A stretch of 64,000 nucleotides of DNA from the NCBI GenBank assembly GCA_965261775.1, contig OZ253477.1:526407-590406 (forward strand), written 5' to 3'. Below, piece after piece: positions 21,236 to 30,334 of the stretch. Under the pieces are notes generated by a model. The model had not been told where the DNA came from, searched no databases, and saw only the letters and a program-made list of their open reading frames with translations. How positions within the stretch are numbered: the first letter of the stretch is position 1; every line of letters starts with the position of its first letter. Origin of the DNA: Gammaproteobacteria bacterium (GTDB lineage: Bacteria; Pseudomonadota; Gammaproteobacteria; Eutrophobiales; Eutrophobiaceae). Position numbers and translations under genes: made by a program.

Positions 21236-22576
21236 ATGGGCGAAAATACCAAAATAGTTGAAAACGCGACATGCACCTTTTGCGGCTGTGTTTGCGACGA
21301 TATGGAACTACATGTCGATCTTGATGAAAAACGCATCACGCGAGCCAAAAACGCCTGTGTATTAGGCCGCGCCTGGTTTGCGGAGCATACCATTGAAGAG
21401 GCGCCGGTAGCGAAGATTGCGGGCAAGGCGGTTGAACTTGAAGAAGCAATTGAGGTGGCGGCACAAGTACTGGTCAAGGCAAAATTTCCGATTACCTATG
21501 GCTTGAGTGACACCACTTGCGAGGCACAACGTCAGGCGGTTGCCATCACGGATATCATTCGGGGCAATATTGATACGACCACTTCCGTTTGTCATGGACC
21601 ATCCGGACTGGCGTTTCAGGGGGTGGGCGAAAGCACTAGTACTCTGGGTGAAGTGAAAAATCGTGCCGATCTGGTCATCTACTGGGGGGGCAATCCGGCT
21701 GAATCGCATCCGCGTCATTTTGGGCGCTACGCTGTCACCCCGAAAGGGATGTTCACGCCAGGTGGAAAAAAAGACCGTACTATAGTGCTGGTTGATGTAC
21801 GTAAAACGAAAAGTACGCCAGTAGCCGATATTTTTATTCAACCCAAGCCCGGCAAAGATTTTGAAGTTCTGTGGGCATTGCGCATACTGGTCAAAGGTAA
21901 AAAGCCATCCCCGGATATTGAAGACGTCACCGGCGTCTCTTTGGAAGTCCTGTCAGATTTGGCGGAACGCATGAAAAACTGCCGTTTCGGTGTACTCTTT
22001 TTCGGGATGGGTCTGACCATGACGCGGGGACGTCATTTTAATTCAGGCGCATTGCTGGCGCTGGCAACCGACCTGAACGAATTTACCCATTTTGTCGCCA
22101 AACCGGTACGTGGTCACGGCAATGTCACTGGAGCCGACAATGTCGTTTCCTGGCAAACCGGGTACCCCTTCGGGGTCAATTTCAGTCGCGGCTATCCGCG
22201 CTTCAATCCGGGCGAATTCACTGCCGTTGATGTCCTCTCAAACAGCGATGCTGATGCCGCGTTGATTATCGCCAGTGACCCGGCCTCAAATTTCCCCAAA
22301 CAGGCTATCGAACATCTGAAGAGCATCCCCGTGATCTCGCTGGATACCAAAGAGACCGAAACTACCAAAGGTGCCTATGTTTCCTTTCGAACCGCGACTT
22401 ACGGCATCAATACCGGTGGGACAGTTTATCGCATGGATGATGTCCCCATTACCCTGCGGCCGGCCTTTGAATCACCTTTTCCAGATGACGAGACCATCCT
22501 GAGCGCGATAAAAGAACGGGTACGCGAGTTGATGTTCGCCCGATACAAAACCGATCGGACCACCGAGGCGGCATAG
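21236..22576 (+). CDS. fwdB: Formylmethanofuran dehydrogenase subunit B with intact 4Fe-4S and Mo/W-ligand motifs
   Basis: CTFCGCVCDD...NAC, SVCHGPS, TLGEVKNRAD, HPRH, RGHGNV, GTVYRMD. Confidence 0.93.
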   Translation: MGENTKIVENATCTFCGCVCDDMELHVDLDEKRITRAKNACVLGRAWFAEHTIEEAPVAKIAGKAVELEEAIEVAAQVLVKAKFPITYGLSDTTCEAQRQAVAITDIIRGNIDTTTSVCHGPSGLAFQGVGESTSTLGEVKNRADLVIYWGGNPAESHPRHFGRYAVTPKGMFTPGGKKDRTIVLVDVRKTKSTPVADIFIQPKPGKDFEVLWALRILVKGKKPSPDIEDVTGVSLEVLSDLAERMKNCRFGVLFFGMGLTMTRGRHFNSGALLALATDLNEFTHFVAKPVRGHGNVTGADNVVSWQTGYPFGVNFSRGYPRFNPGEFTAVDVLSNSDADAALIIASDPASNFPKQAIEHLKSIPVISLDTKETETTKGAYVSFRTATYGINTGGTVYRMDDVPITLRPAFESPFPDDETILSAIKERVRELMFARYKTDRTTEAA

Positions 22577-22655
22577 CATTATCCCAAAAAATAATTCAAT
22601 GGCTCAAACCATTGATTGAACAAACAATAAAACCAGCCTTTTTCAGAACAATTTG

Positions 22656-24293
22656 ATGTCGACTTCCATACGTATAATCAATGGTCGGGTATTTGATCCG
22701 ACAAACGGTATCAACGGCAAAATAAAAACGCTCTGTATCCAGGACGGTAAAATTGTTGCTTCAATCACCGAAGAAGACGCAACCGTCATTGACGCGCAAG
22801 GGATGGTCATTATGCCGGGTGGCGTGGATATCCATTGTCATATTGCCGGTCCCAAGGTCAATGCTGCCAGAAAACTGCAACCTGAAGACCATCGCCATGA
22901 CGTGCACCCCTCAACACCGTTCACCCGTTCCGGTGTCGGCGGCACGGTACCTTCGACCTTTACCACCGGCTACCGCTACGCGACGATGGGATACACCACA
23001 GCGATGGAGGCGGCCGTCACCCCTATTGGCGCCCGCCACACTCTGGAAGAATTTCATGACACTCCGGTCATTGATAAAGGATTTTATGTCCTGCTCGGTA
23101 ATAATATCCTTCTGCAGCAACTGTTGCGCGAAAAGCGTATGGAAGAATTTGAACAGGCTACTGCCTGGTGGATCAGTTCCACCAAAGCCTATACGGTAAA
23201 ACTGGTGAATCCCGGTGGAGATGAACCCTGGAAGGGCAAAAAAAATTCCAATGTATCGGACATTGATGAAAAAACCGGAGGCGATTTAACACCGAGGCAA
23301 ATCATAGAAGCGTTCATCAAGTTCGTCAATAAGCGCAAGTTTCCGCATCCGGTCCACATCCACTGCAACAATCTTGGGCATAGCGGGAATTACAAGACCA
23401 CGCTTGAAACGATGAAAACAGCAGGCGACCTGAAAGCGCATCTGGCGCATATTCAATTCCACAGCTACGGTGGTGAAATAGGAAAAAACCCGCTGTCAAA
23501 GGCAACAGAAATCATTGAATATATCAATGAGCACCCCAACATCACCTGTGATGTCGGTCAAGTTATGTTCGGCAAATCCACGATCATGACTGCCGATGCC
23601 CCTATGGCTTATGTCCTGAAAGGACACAGCAAGAGTAAGTGGGTGAATGCAGATACTGAATGCGAAAGCGGTTGCGGTATTGTGCCTTTTACCTATCAAG
23701 AGCACAGCTATACGCACACCCTGCAATGGGCCATCGGCCTTGAACTTTTTCTGATGTCAAAAGACCCCTGGCGCGTTGTGCTCTCTACCGACCACCCGAA
23801 CGGCGGTTCGTTTATGAATTATCCGAAATTGATCAAACTGCTGATGGATAAAGCATTCCGCCATGAAGAAATGAAACGCGTTAACCAAAAGGCCCTGGAT
23901 AAATGCACCCTGCGCGACCTGGAACGGGAATATACCCTGAATGAAATTGCGATCATTACTCGCGCTGGTCCGGCGCGGGCACTGGGTCTTGAGATGAAGG
24001 GGCACCTCGGACCGGGCGCCGACGCAGATATCACTATTTACGACGATATGGAAGACAAGGAAGCAATGTTTAGCGCGCCCCGTTATGTCATCAAGGCCGG
24101 CGTTCCTGTGATCGCGGACCACGAATTCAGGCATGATATCAGCGGCAAACTGTTTCATATTGAGCCGGAATATGATCGGAAAATCGAGAACATCGTGCGG
24201 TCCTTTTTTGAAAATTATTATTCGATTGAATTTTCAAACTATGCCGTGGATGATTGCTACCTGCACAGCCACCAAATCATCGCCACCAAATAA
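22656..24293 (+). CDS. fwdA: Formylmethanofuran dehydrogenase subunit A / FhcA (binuclear amidohydrolase)
   Basis: PGGVDIHCH, VKLVNPGG, HIHCNNLG, HIQFHSY, QWAIGLE, TDHPNGG. Confidence 0.95.
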   Translation: MSTSIRIINGRVFDPTNGINGKIKTLCIQDGKIVASITEEDATVIDAQGMVIMPGGVDIHCHIAGPKVNAARKLQPEDHRHDVHPSTPFTRSGVGGTVPSTFTTGYRYATMGYTTAMEAAVTPIGARHTLEEFHDTPVIDKGFYVLLGNNILLQQLLREKRMEEFEQATAWWISSTKAYTVKLVNPGGDEPWKGKKNSNVSDIDEKTGGDLTPRQIIEAFIKFVNKRKFPHPVHIHCNNLGHSGNYKTTLETMKTAGDLKAHLAHIQFHSYGGEIGKNPLSKATEIIEYINEHPNITCDVGQVMFGKSTIMTADAPMAYVLKGHSKSKWVNADTECESGCGIVPFTYQEHSYTHTLQWAIGLELFLMSKDPWRVVLSTDHPNGGSFMNYPKLIKLLMDKAFRHEEMKRVNQKALDKCTLRDLEREYTLNEIAIITRAGPARALGLEMKGHLGPGADADITIYDDMEDKEAMFSAPRYVIKAGVPVIADHEFRHDISGKLFHIEPEYDRKIENIVRSFFENYYSIEFSNYAVDDCYLHSHQIIATK

Positions 24294-24301
24294 CCCCCGA
24301 C

Positions 24302-25210
24302 ATGAAGATTAAATCAACCGAAATTGATAACACCTTTGCCGAAGCGTTCAAGATGTACGCCGCCCGCATCGTCATCACGGCGGCGACAAAAGAATGGGCC
24401 ATGGCAGCGGCGCAGTCCGTTACCGGCTTTGCCACCTCCGTCATCGGTTGCAAATGCGAGGCAGGGATTGAACGCGAAATATTCCCCGAGGATTCACCTG
24501 ATCTCAGACCCGGTGTCACCGTTTTGCTCTTTGCGATGGATGCGGAAAATCTTGGTAAACGCCTGGTGGAACGTATCGGTCAGTGCGTGATGACCTGCCC
24601 ATCAACCGCTTGCTACAACGGTCTGGACGAGGGCAACCGCATCGGGGTCGGCGATCGGTTACGTTATTTTGGTGATGGTTATCAGATGAGCAAAATGATT
24701 GCCCATAAACGACTCTGGCGTATCCCTGTAATGGATGGTGAATTTTTGATAGAAGATCAATTCAGGACAGTTCAGTCTGTTGGCGGAGGCAATCTAATCA
24801 TCCTGGGCAAAAGTCAGCATGCCACACTTAAAGCCGCCACCGCTGCCGCTAAAATAATGCGAAAAATGCCAGAGGTGATATTACCCTTTCCCAACGGCGT
24901 AGTACGTAGCGGCAGCAAAGTCGGTTCTCGTTATAAGTCCCTCATTGCCTCCACCAATGACGCTTATTGTCCGAGCCTGCAAGCTGTTGTTGAACATTCC
25001 GCGCTTGAAACTGGTATAAACAGCGCACTTGAAATCGTGGTCAATGGTTTAAATCCAGAGGCCGTGGAGCAAGCCATGTGCGCGGGGATGGAGGCCGCCG
25101 CAAAGCCCGGTATCAAAAAAATCAGCGCAGGCAATTACGGAGGCAAACTGGGTCAATATCAAATTCACCTGCATAAACTGCTGCAACGGAAAAGCGAGCA
25201 TGGCGCTTAG
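24302..25210 (+). CDS. ftr: Formylmethanofuran:H4MPT N-formyltransferase (Ftr/FhcD)
   Basis: TFAEAF, GFATSVIGC..EAG, RIGQCVMTCP, RSGSKVGS, SAGNYGGKLG. Confidence 0.96.
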   Translation: MKIKSTEIDNTFAEAFKMYAARIVITAATKEWAMAAAQSVTGFATSVIGCKCEAGIEREIFPEDSPDLRPGVTVLLFAMDAENLGKRLVERIGQCVMTCPSTACYNGLDEGNRIGVGDRLRYFGDGYQMSKMIAHKRLWRIPVMDGEFLIEDQFRTVQSVGGGNLIILGKSQHATLKAATAAAKIMRKMPEVILPFPNGVVRSGSKVGSRYKSLIASTNDAYCPSLQAVVEHSALETGINSALEIVVNGLNPEAVEQAMCAGMEAAAKPGIKKISAGNYGGKLGQYQIHLHKLLQRKSEHGA

Positions 25211-26012
25211 ACTGAAATTACATACCCGACCGGAAGTCCCACTGGAGGCGGATTGCATCTGTCCGGACAAATTAAAGGGGCTTACCCACAAGGAAATTTC
25301 GAGACTGACCCTGTTTCACGGTAACCGCCAGGCCTGTCTGGGCGAATTCTTTGATTGCGGTGGCGAATTTGACGGTCATATTCATATCACCGGCGAGATG
25401 GATAATATCAGACACTTTGGGGCCGCGATGTCATCCGGCAGCATTCATATTGACGGGAATGTCGGCATGCATACCGGCGCCGCAATGCGCGGCGGTGAGA
25501 TATGCATTGAAGGCAATGCTTCGGACTGGCTGGGAGCCGAGATGACGGGTGGTAGAATAACCGTTCGCGGCAATGCCGGACACATGGTCGGTTGCGGCTA
25601 TCGCGGTAGTTCTGTCGGGATGCAGGGTGGCGAAATCATCATTCACGGCAATGTCAAAAACGAAACCGGCCATGTCATGCGCCGCGGCCTGATTGCGATC
25701 GGCGGCGACAGCGGCGACTTCACCGGGGTCAATATGCTGGCAGGGACAATCATTGTGCTGGGACGGATGGGGATCCGCTCCGGCGCGGGAATGAAACGCG
25801 GTTCTATCATTTGCATGGGGAAAACGGATATATTACCGACATTCACATACAGTTGCCGTTATCATCCCGTGTTCATGCGATATTATTATCGATATTTGAA
25901 GGCAACGGGATTAATCGTTCCCGATGTTTTTCTGGACGGACTTTTCGATAGATGGTGCGGTGATGCCGTGGAATTTAATCGAGGAGAAATATTACTCTAC
26001 AAGGGAAAATAA
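25200..26012 (+). CDS. fwdC: Formylmethanofuran dehydrogenase subunit C / FhcC
   Basis: Repeated G..M.GG.I.I.GN beta-helix units; GAGMKRG. Confidence 0.94.
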   Translation: MALRLKLHTRPEVPLEADCICPDKLKGLTHKEISRLTLFHGNRQACLGEFFDCGGEFDGHIHITGEMDNIRHFGAAMSSGSIHIDGNVGMHTGAAMRGGEICIEGNASDWLGAEMTGGRITVRGNAGHMVGCGYRGSSVGMQGGEIIIHGNVKNETGHVMRRGLIAIGGDSGDFTGVNMLAGTIIVLGRMGIRSGAGMKRGSIICMGKTDILPTFTYSCRYHPVFMRYYYRYLKATGLIVPDVFLDGLFDRWCGDAVEFNRGEILLYKGK

Positions 26013-26043
26013 ACTTAAACCAAGCAAAACTGGAGAGATGCTC

Positions 26044-26349
26044 ATGACAACAATCGTAACCGATAATTGTAAAGACTGCCGTTTTACCGACTGTGTAACC
26101 GTATGTCCTGTTGACTGTTTCCACTATGACGACACAATGCTCTACATTGACCCCGAGGTCTGCATTGACTGTAGTGCCTGTATTCCCGAATGTCCCGTCG
26201 AAGCGATTCTCGAGGATGATGATATCCCCGAAGACAAGCAACACTGGATAGAAATCAATGCCGAAAAAGCGCCCAATCTACCCGTCTGTAACGAAAAAAT
26301 GGAACCTCTTTCGGGGGCAGAAGAAAAGAGAACAGCACTTGGTTTTTAG
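26044..26349 (+). CDS. fdxA: 7Fe (3Fe-4S + 4Fe-4S) ferredoxin, FdxA/Azotobacter FdI type
   Basis: VTDNCKDCRFTDCVTVCPVDCF...CIDCSACIPECPVEAI; GGAGAG RBS upstream. Confidence 0.9.
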   Translation: MTTIVTDNCKDCRFTDCVTVCPVDCFHYDDTMLYIDPEVCIDCSACIPECPVEAILEDDDIPEDKQHWIEINAEKAPNLPVCNEKMEPLSGAEEKRTALGF

Positions 26350-26380
26350 TGCCTTTTAACACCACAGACAGGGACAAACT

Positions 26381-27754
26381 ATGTCAGACAATAAAGAGAA
26401 ACCTTTGCTCGTTGCCGTCGTTGGCAGCGGACCGAGTGGTTTTTACGCTGCAGAGGCACTCATCAAATCCGATACCAATGTCAGGATTGACATGTTTGAA
26501 CGTCTCCCCTCCCCCTACGGACTGGTACGCAGCGGCGTCGCCCCGGACCATCAGAAATTAAAACAGGTCATTCGGATCTATCAGAAGATCGCGGCAATGC
26601 CGGATTTTAAGCTGATTGCCAATGTCACCGTCGGCAGGGACATCTCCGTAGATGAACTTCGCCGCTTGTATCATGCCGTTATCTTCTGCTACGGAGCCGA
26701 GACCGACAGGAAACTCGGGGTCCCCGGTGAAGACCTGAACGGCAGTCATACCGCAACCGAGTTCGTCGGCTGGTATAATGGGCATCCCGATTATCAGGAC
26801 CGCCATTTTGACCTGTCCAGCGAAGTGGCTGTAATTATCGGCCAGGGTAATGTTGCCGCTGATGTCAGCCGCATTCTTGCTAAAACGGTGGACGAATTAA
26901 AACACACCGATATCGCTCAACATGCTCTGGACGCACTGGCGGAAAGCCGGGTCAGGGAAATTCATGTTATCGGACGCCGCGGCCCGGCTCAGGCAAAATT
27001 CACCACCAGAGAACTGCGTGAATTTGGCGAACTGGGGGATTGCGCCCCGGTCGTACTCGCGGAAGACCTGGAGCTTAATGCGGAAAGCCAAACGGAGCTT
27101 GAAGACAAAGGTCATGCCACCAACAAAAAAATTTACGGGCTGTTCCGTGATTTTTCTGAACTTCCACCTTCGCCGCAAAAATCAAAAAAGTGCTTTTTTA
27201 AATTTTTGCTTGGTCCTAAAATCCTGGAAGGTTCCGGGAAACTGGAAAGAGTGGTCCTTGAGCGCAACAAACTGAGCGGCGCGCCATTTAAACAATCAGC
27301 CGCCGGTACCGGCGAGACAATCGAACTGGAAACCGGTCTGTTATTCCGCAGCATTGGTTATCACGGTTTACCGATGGTCGGTGTTCCCTTTGATGAAAAA
27401 CGGGGCATTATCCCCAATGAAAAAGGACGAGTAAGGGATAACCCGCAACTGTACGCAGCCGGCTGGATCAAACGTGGTCCCAGCGGGATTATCGGAAATA
27501 ATCGCGCCTGTAGTGTTGAAACCGTTGCTTGTTTGCTGGAAGATAAGAAGAAACTGGCAGATGGCACTGAAAAAACAGGAGCAGATGGCGTATATGCCCT
27601 GCTGAAAGAGAGAAATATCCGTCCCCTGGGTTATGATGATTGGCGGAAAATTGATACTGCCGAAATAAGCTCTGGCAAGACCAGAGGCAAACCGCGCGAA
27701 AAATATGTTGTCGTCAGTGAAATGCTTGCACTCATTGATAATTTAGGAAAATAA
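26381..27754 (+). CDS. Ferredoxin-NADP+ reductase, adrenodoxin-reductase/FprA family
   Basis: GSGPSG, PYGLVRSGVAPDH, FVGWYNGHP, GQGNVAAD, GRRGPAQAKF, GWIKRGPSGIIG. Confidence 0.92.
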   Translation: MSDNKEKPLLVAVVGSGPSGFYAAEALIKSDTNVRIDMFERLPSPYGLVRSGVAPDHQKLKQVIRIYQKIAAMPDFKLIANVTVGRDISVDELRRLYHAVIFCYGAETDRKLGVPGEDLNGSHTATEFVGWYNGHPDYQDRHFDLSSEVAVIIGQGNVAADVSRILAKTVDELKHTDIAQHALDALAESRVREIHVIGRRGPAQAKFTTRELREFGELGDCAPVVLAEDLELNAESQTELEDKGHATNKKIYGLFRDFSELPPSPQKSKKCFFKFLLGPKILEGSGKLERVVLERNKLSGAPFKQSAAGTGETIELETGLLFRSIGYHGLPMVGVPFDEKRGIIPNEKGRVRDNPQLYAAGWIKRGPSGIIGNNRACSVETVACLLEDKKKLADGTEKTGADGVYALLKERNIRPLGYDDWRKIDTAEISSGKTRGKPREKYVVVSEMLALIDNLGK

Positions 27755-27786
27755 TGGATAATTGATGATTATCGGTTTTTGATCAA

Positions 27787-27846
27787 GGCGCCCCCCGGCG
27801 GGTTTTTTCCTCGTGTGTCTTACCGCCGAACGGGGCGCCGCTTTTT
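27787..27846 (+). terminator. GC-rich interrupted hairpin followed by a T-run between convergent genes
   Basis: ggcgcccc/ggggcgcc and cggcgg/ccgccg arms, then TTTTT. Confidence 0.4.
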
Positions 27847-27986
27847 AAGTATGCGGTTTTGTCCGCAAAAACCGATAAAATTGCATCCCTCCCAAAATTA
27901 AACCGGTTTATTTCTTCATAGGGGAATAGGAAATACCGTCATTTTACTGCTTTAATTTTTCGGATTTGCATAAGATGCGCTATTGG

Positions 27987-29078
27987 TTACTTTCCAGATT
28001 TTCTCCGGTTATCGTCTTTACACAAAATCTGACAATTTTCTGCGTTAGTTTTACCGCCCTCGTGCCAAGGGGTAATGTGATCGGCTTCCATTTCGGGAAG
28101 ATCAAATTTTTCTTTGCAGAATGGACAAACGCCCTTTTGTCTTTCGTATGCCTCTCGCTTCATGTTGTCGGTAAATGAACGGATATTTAAGCATCGTTCG
28201 TCCCGAGTCAAAACATAAGGATAAATCCCCGGTTTTTTCGTCACATCTTCATCTTGCATCAATTTTGCAATTTCTGATTCTAGTTTTTTGGGATTGAGTT
28301 GTTTATCTTTAAATGCGTTATATAGCTCACCCCAATTCACGCTCGCCATTTCTTTTCGGTAGTTTGGAAAAGTGTTACGCACCCATGCGATTACATTTTG
28401 GAAGTACTCCCACAATTCATTGGCATTGTTATCGTGCTGATGCTTCGCCATGTAATCTGCCACTTCGCCATTATTTATCCACGAGAGCGCAGTTTCCAGG
28501 TACTCCTGCCTAATCGGTGAACCTTTCAAGAGCGATCCGCCGTCATTTGCCAAAAGGTACGCGGCGCAGTTTGTTTTGCTGAATTTCAGCTTTGCGTCAG
28601 AAAGCCATGGGCCGGTATAAACGGCGTTGCGTAATTCTTGATCCGTTAATTTTTCACCGGCAATGTTGATAGTTTTGAACCAATCCAATCGTTCCTTATC
28701 AGTGCCTTCGCAGAAATAAACCATCAATTCGTAATCCAAAATCTGGTCTTGTTCTTCTTTGGTCAGATTATGGAAAAAATAATCATTGAGTGAAAAATCT
28801 CCGTCTACATATTGTCCGATGCTAATAGTGCGCTGCTGTCCGTCCAGCATTTCATAACCGCCATTGTCACGCACCATCCAGTACATCACGTTGAGCGGAA
28901 AATTTTGTTTGATGGTTTCAATCACCGCATCCCGCTGGTGGCCTTTATAGACAAACTCGCGCTGATACTTCGGGCGAATATCAAGCTCGCCACCGTAAGC
29001 AACAACACCTTCCTCGGCGCTGTCTTTGTAGCCTTCAATTACTTTGTGTATCGGAATTTGGCGTAGTTTAATTTTCAT
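27987..29078 (-). CDS. DUF262 (GmrS-like) + C-terminal HNH endonuclease
   Basis: RPKYQREFVY, DGQQR, WF.TIN.AG; CPFC...EADHITPW..GG.T..ENCQILC..DNR.KS. Confidence 0.9.
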   Translation of the reverse strand: MKIKLRQIPIHKVIEGYKDSAEEGVVAYGGELDIRPKYQREFVYKGHQRDAVIETIKQNFPLNVMYWMVRDNGGYEMLDGQQRTISIGQYVDGDFSLNDYFFHNLTKEEQDQILDYELMVYFCEGTDKERLDWFKTINIAGEKLTDQELRNAVYTGPWLSDAKLKFSKTNCAAYLLANDGGSLLKGSPIRQEYLETALSWINNGEVADYMAKHQHDNNANELWEYFQNVIAWVRNTFPNYRKEMASVNWGELYNAFKDKQLNPKKLESEIAKLMQDEDVTKKPGIYPYVLTRDERCLNIRSFTDNMKREAYERQKGVCPFCKEKFDLPEMEADHITPWHEGGKTNAENCQILCKDDNRRKSGK

Positions 29079-29079
29079 A

Positions 29080-30138
29080 TTATTTCTTTATCCTTTTATT
29101 TCTTATAAATAACCGCTTGAATGTTTCTTTGCCATTCAAATATGACCCTCTACCATAAACACCGTTTGAGTCTTGGTCTACACCGCGGTTTGAGCCAACA
29201 ATTTCAAACTGATCTGGGTTGTATTTATCAAGAAAAGTAATAGGTACTCCCATTATTCCTTCATATTCCATCGGAATATTGAGATATTTTGATACTTCAA
29301 TCGCATCGTAGTTGTCATACTTCGGATATTCTTTGAGGCTATATTTTTTATACAAAGTCAGTTCCTCATGGCGCTTTGTTGTATCAAGATTCGTAAACCA
29401 CACAATACTGCCCATGCTGAAATATTTTACGCCATTTTCAACCTTTTTCCTTGATTTGGTTTTTATGTCGTAATCGTCGGGGACTTCAAACCATTTTGTG
29501 CCACCATTGTCATATCCGAGCCATAATTTATTGGCTTTAATGAACACAAAAACTTCCTTATAGATTATGGCACTTTGACTACCAAGAATTAAAAACTTTT
29601 TTTTGTGTTCCATCAATTGCTCAACGTATTCACGGAAAAGTGAGAACGGTGGATTTGTTACAACTATATCTGCTTCTTTCAATAACTCTATACACTCTTG
29701 GCTACGGAAATCGCCATTGCCCTTGAGTGGGGTTGCCGTATTTTTGTCGTGCTTGAGTAAATATTCCACATCATCAAGATTTATTGCACCATCACCGTCC
29801 ATATCTGGCACTTCTTTGAACTCCATTTTGAATGGCTCTTTACCTTTTGGTTTAAGTCCCTCAACTTCAAACAGCGGCAATTGTCCACCGACAATTGGCG
29901 ATTTGGTATAGCTCGTAGTGATGAGCTTTTTTAATCCAAACGCATTGAAGTTAGCGGCAAAATATTTAAAAAAATTACTCTCAAAAGGATCATCGCAATT
30001 ACAGTACACAACTTTGCCACGAAATTGATCCTTGTAGTGCTTCAATTCTTTTTCAATATCATCAAGCTGGGTATAAAACTCATCTCTCTTTGCTTTCGCT
30101 GCTCGATTGAGTCGTGTATTTAAAGGTTTAGTACTCAT
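29080..30138 (-). CDS. Adenine-specific DNA methyltransferase, M.EcoRI family
   Basis: DEFYT, VVYCNCDDP..SNF, GDFRS.EC, DIVVTNPPFSLFREY, MGVPITFLDKYNP. Confidence 0.92.
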   Translation of the reverse strand: MSTKPLNTRLNRAAKAKRDEFYTQLDDIEKELKHYKDQFRGKVVYCNCDDPFESNFFKYFAANFNAFGLKKLITTSYTKSPIVGGQLPLFEVEGLKPKGKEPFKMEFKEVPDMDGDGAINLDDVEYLLKHDKNTATPLKGNGDFRSQECIELLKEADIVVTNPPFSLFREYVEQLMEHKKKFLILGSQSAIIYKEVFVFIKANKLWLGYDNGGTKWFEVPDDYDIKTKSRKKVENGVKYFSMGSIVWFTNLDTTKRHEELTLYKKYSLKEYPKYDNYDAIEVSKYLNIPMEYEGIMGVPITFLDKYNPDQFEIVGSNRGVDQDSNGVYGRGSYLNGKETFKRLFIRNKRIKK

Positions 30139-30140
30139 AA

Positions 30141-30334
30141 CTATTTTTGTATTAAATCATCAACATCAACTTCAAGCGCCCTGGCTATTTTAGAAATGTT
30201 TCGATGGTTAGATTCTTACTTGATGCCGCTCTCAATTTTTACGACTGTAGCGACAAATTGGCAAGACGGGTAACCTTTTCGAGAAAGTAGCCCTTTTCCG
30301 CTCTTATCTTTTTAAGGTTATCCGCAATTTTCAT
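30141..30334 (-). pseudogene. XRE-family HTH regulator (controller-like) with three frameshifts
   Basis: Segments MKIADNLKKIRAEKGYFLEKVTRLANLSL / TVVKIESGI / KNLTIET / SKIARALEVDVDDLIQK* in shifting frames; stop lies 2 nt before the MTase ATG. Confidence 0.8.

Noticed and set aside
21590-21592. Selenocysteine in FwdB
   Set aside because: The codon is TGT (Cys); there is no in-frame TGA
25924-26043. N-terminal extension of the ferredoxin ORF
   Set aside because: Overlaps fwdC; the RBS and family N-terminus point to ATG 26044
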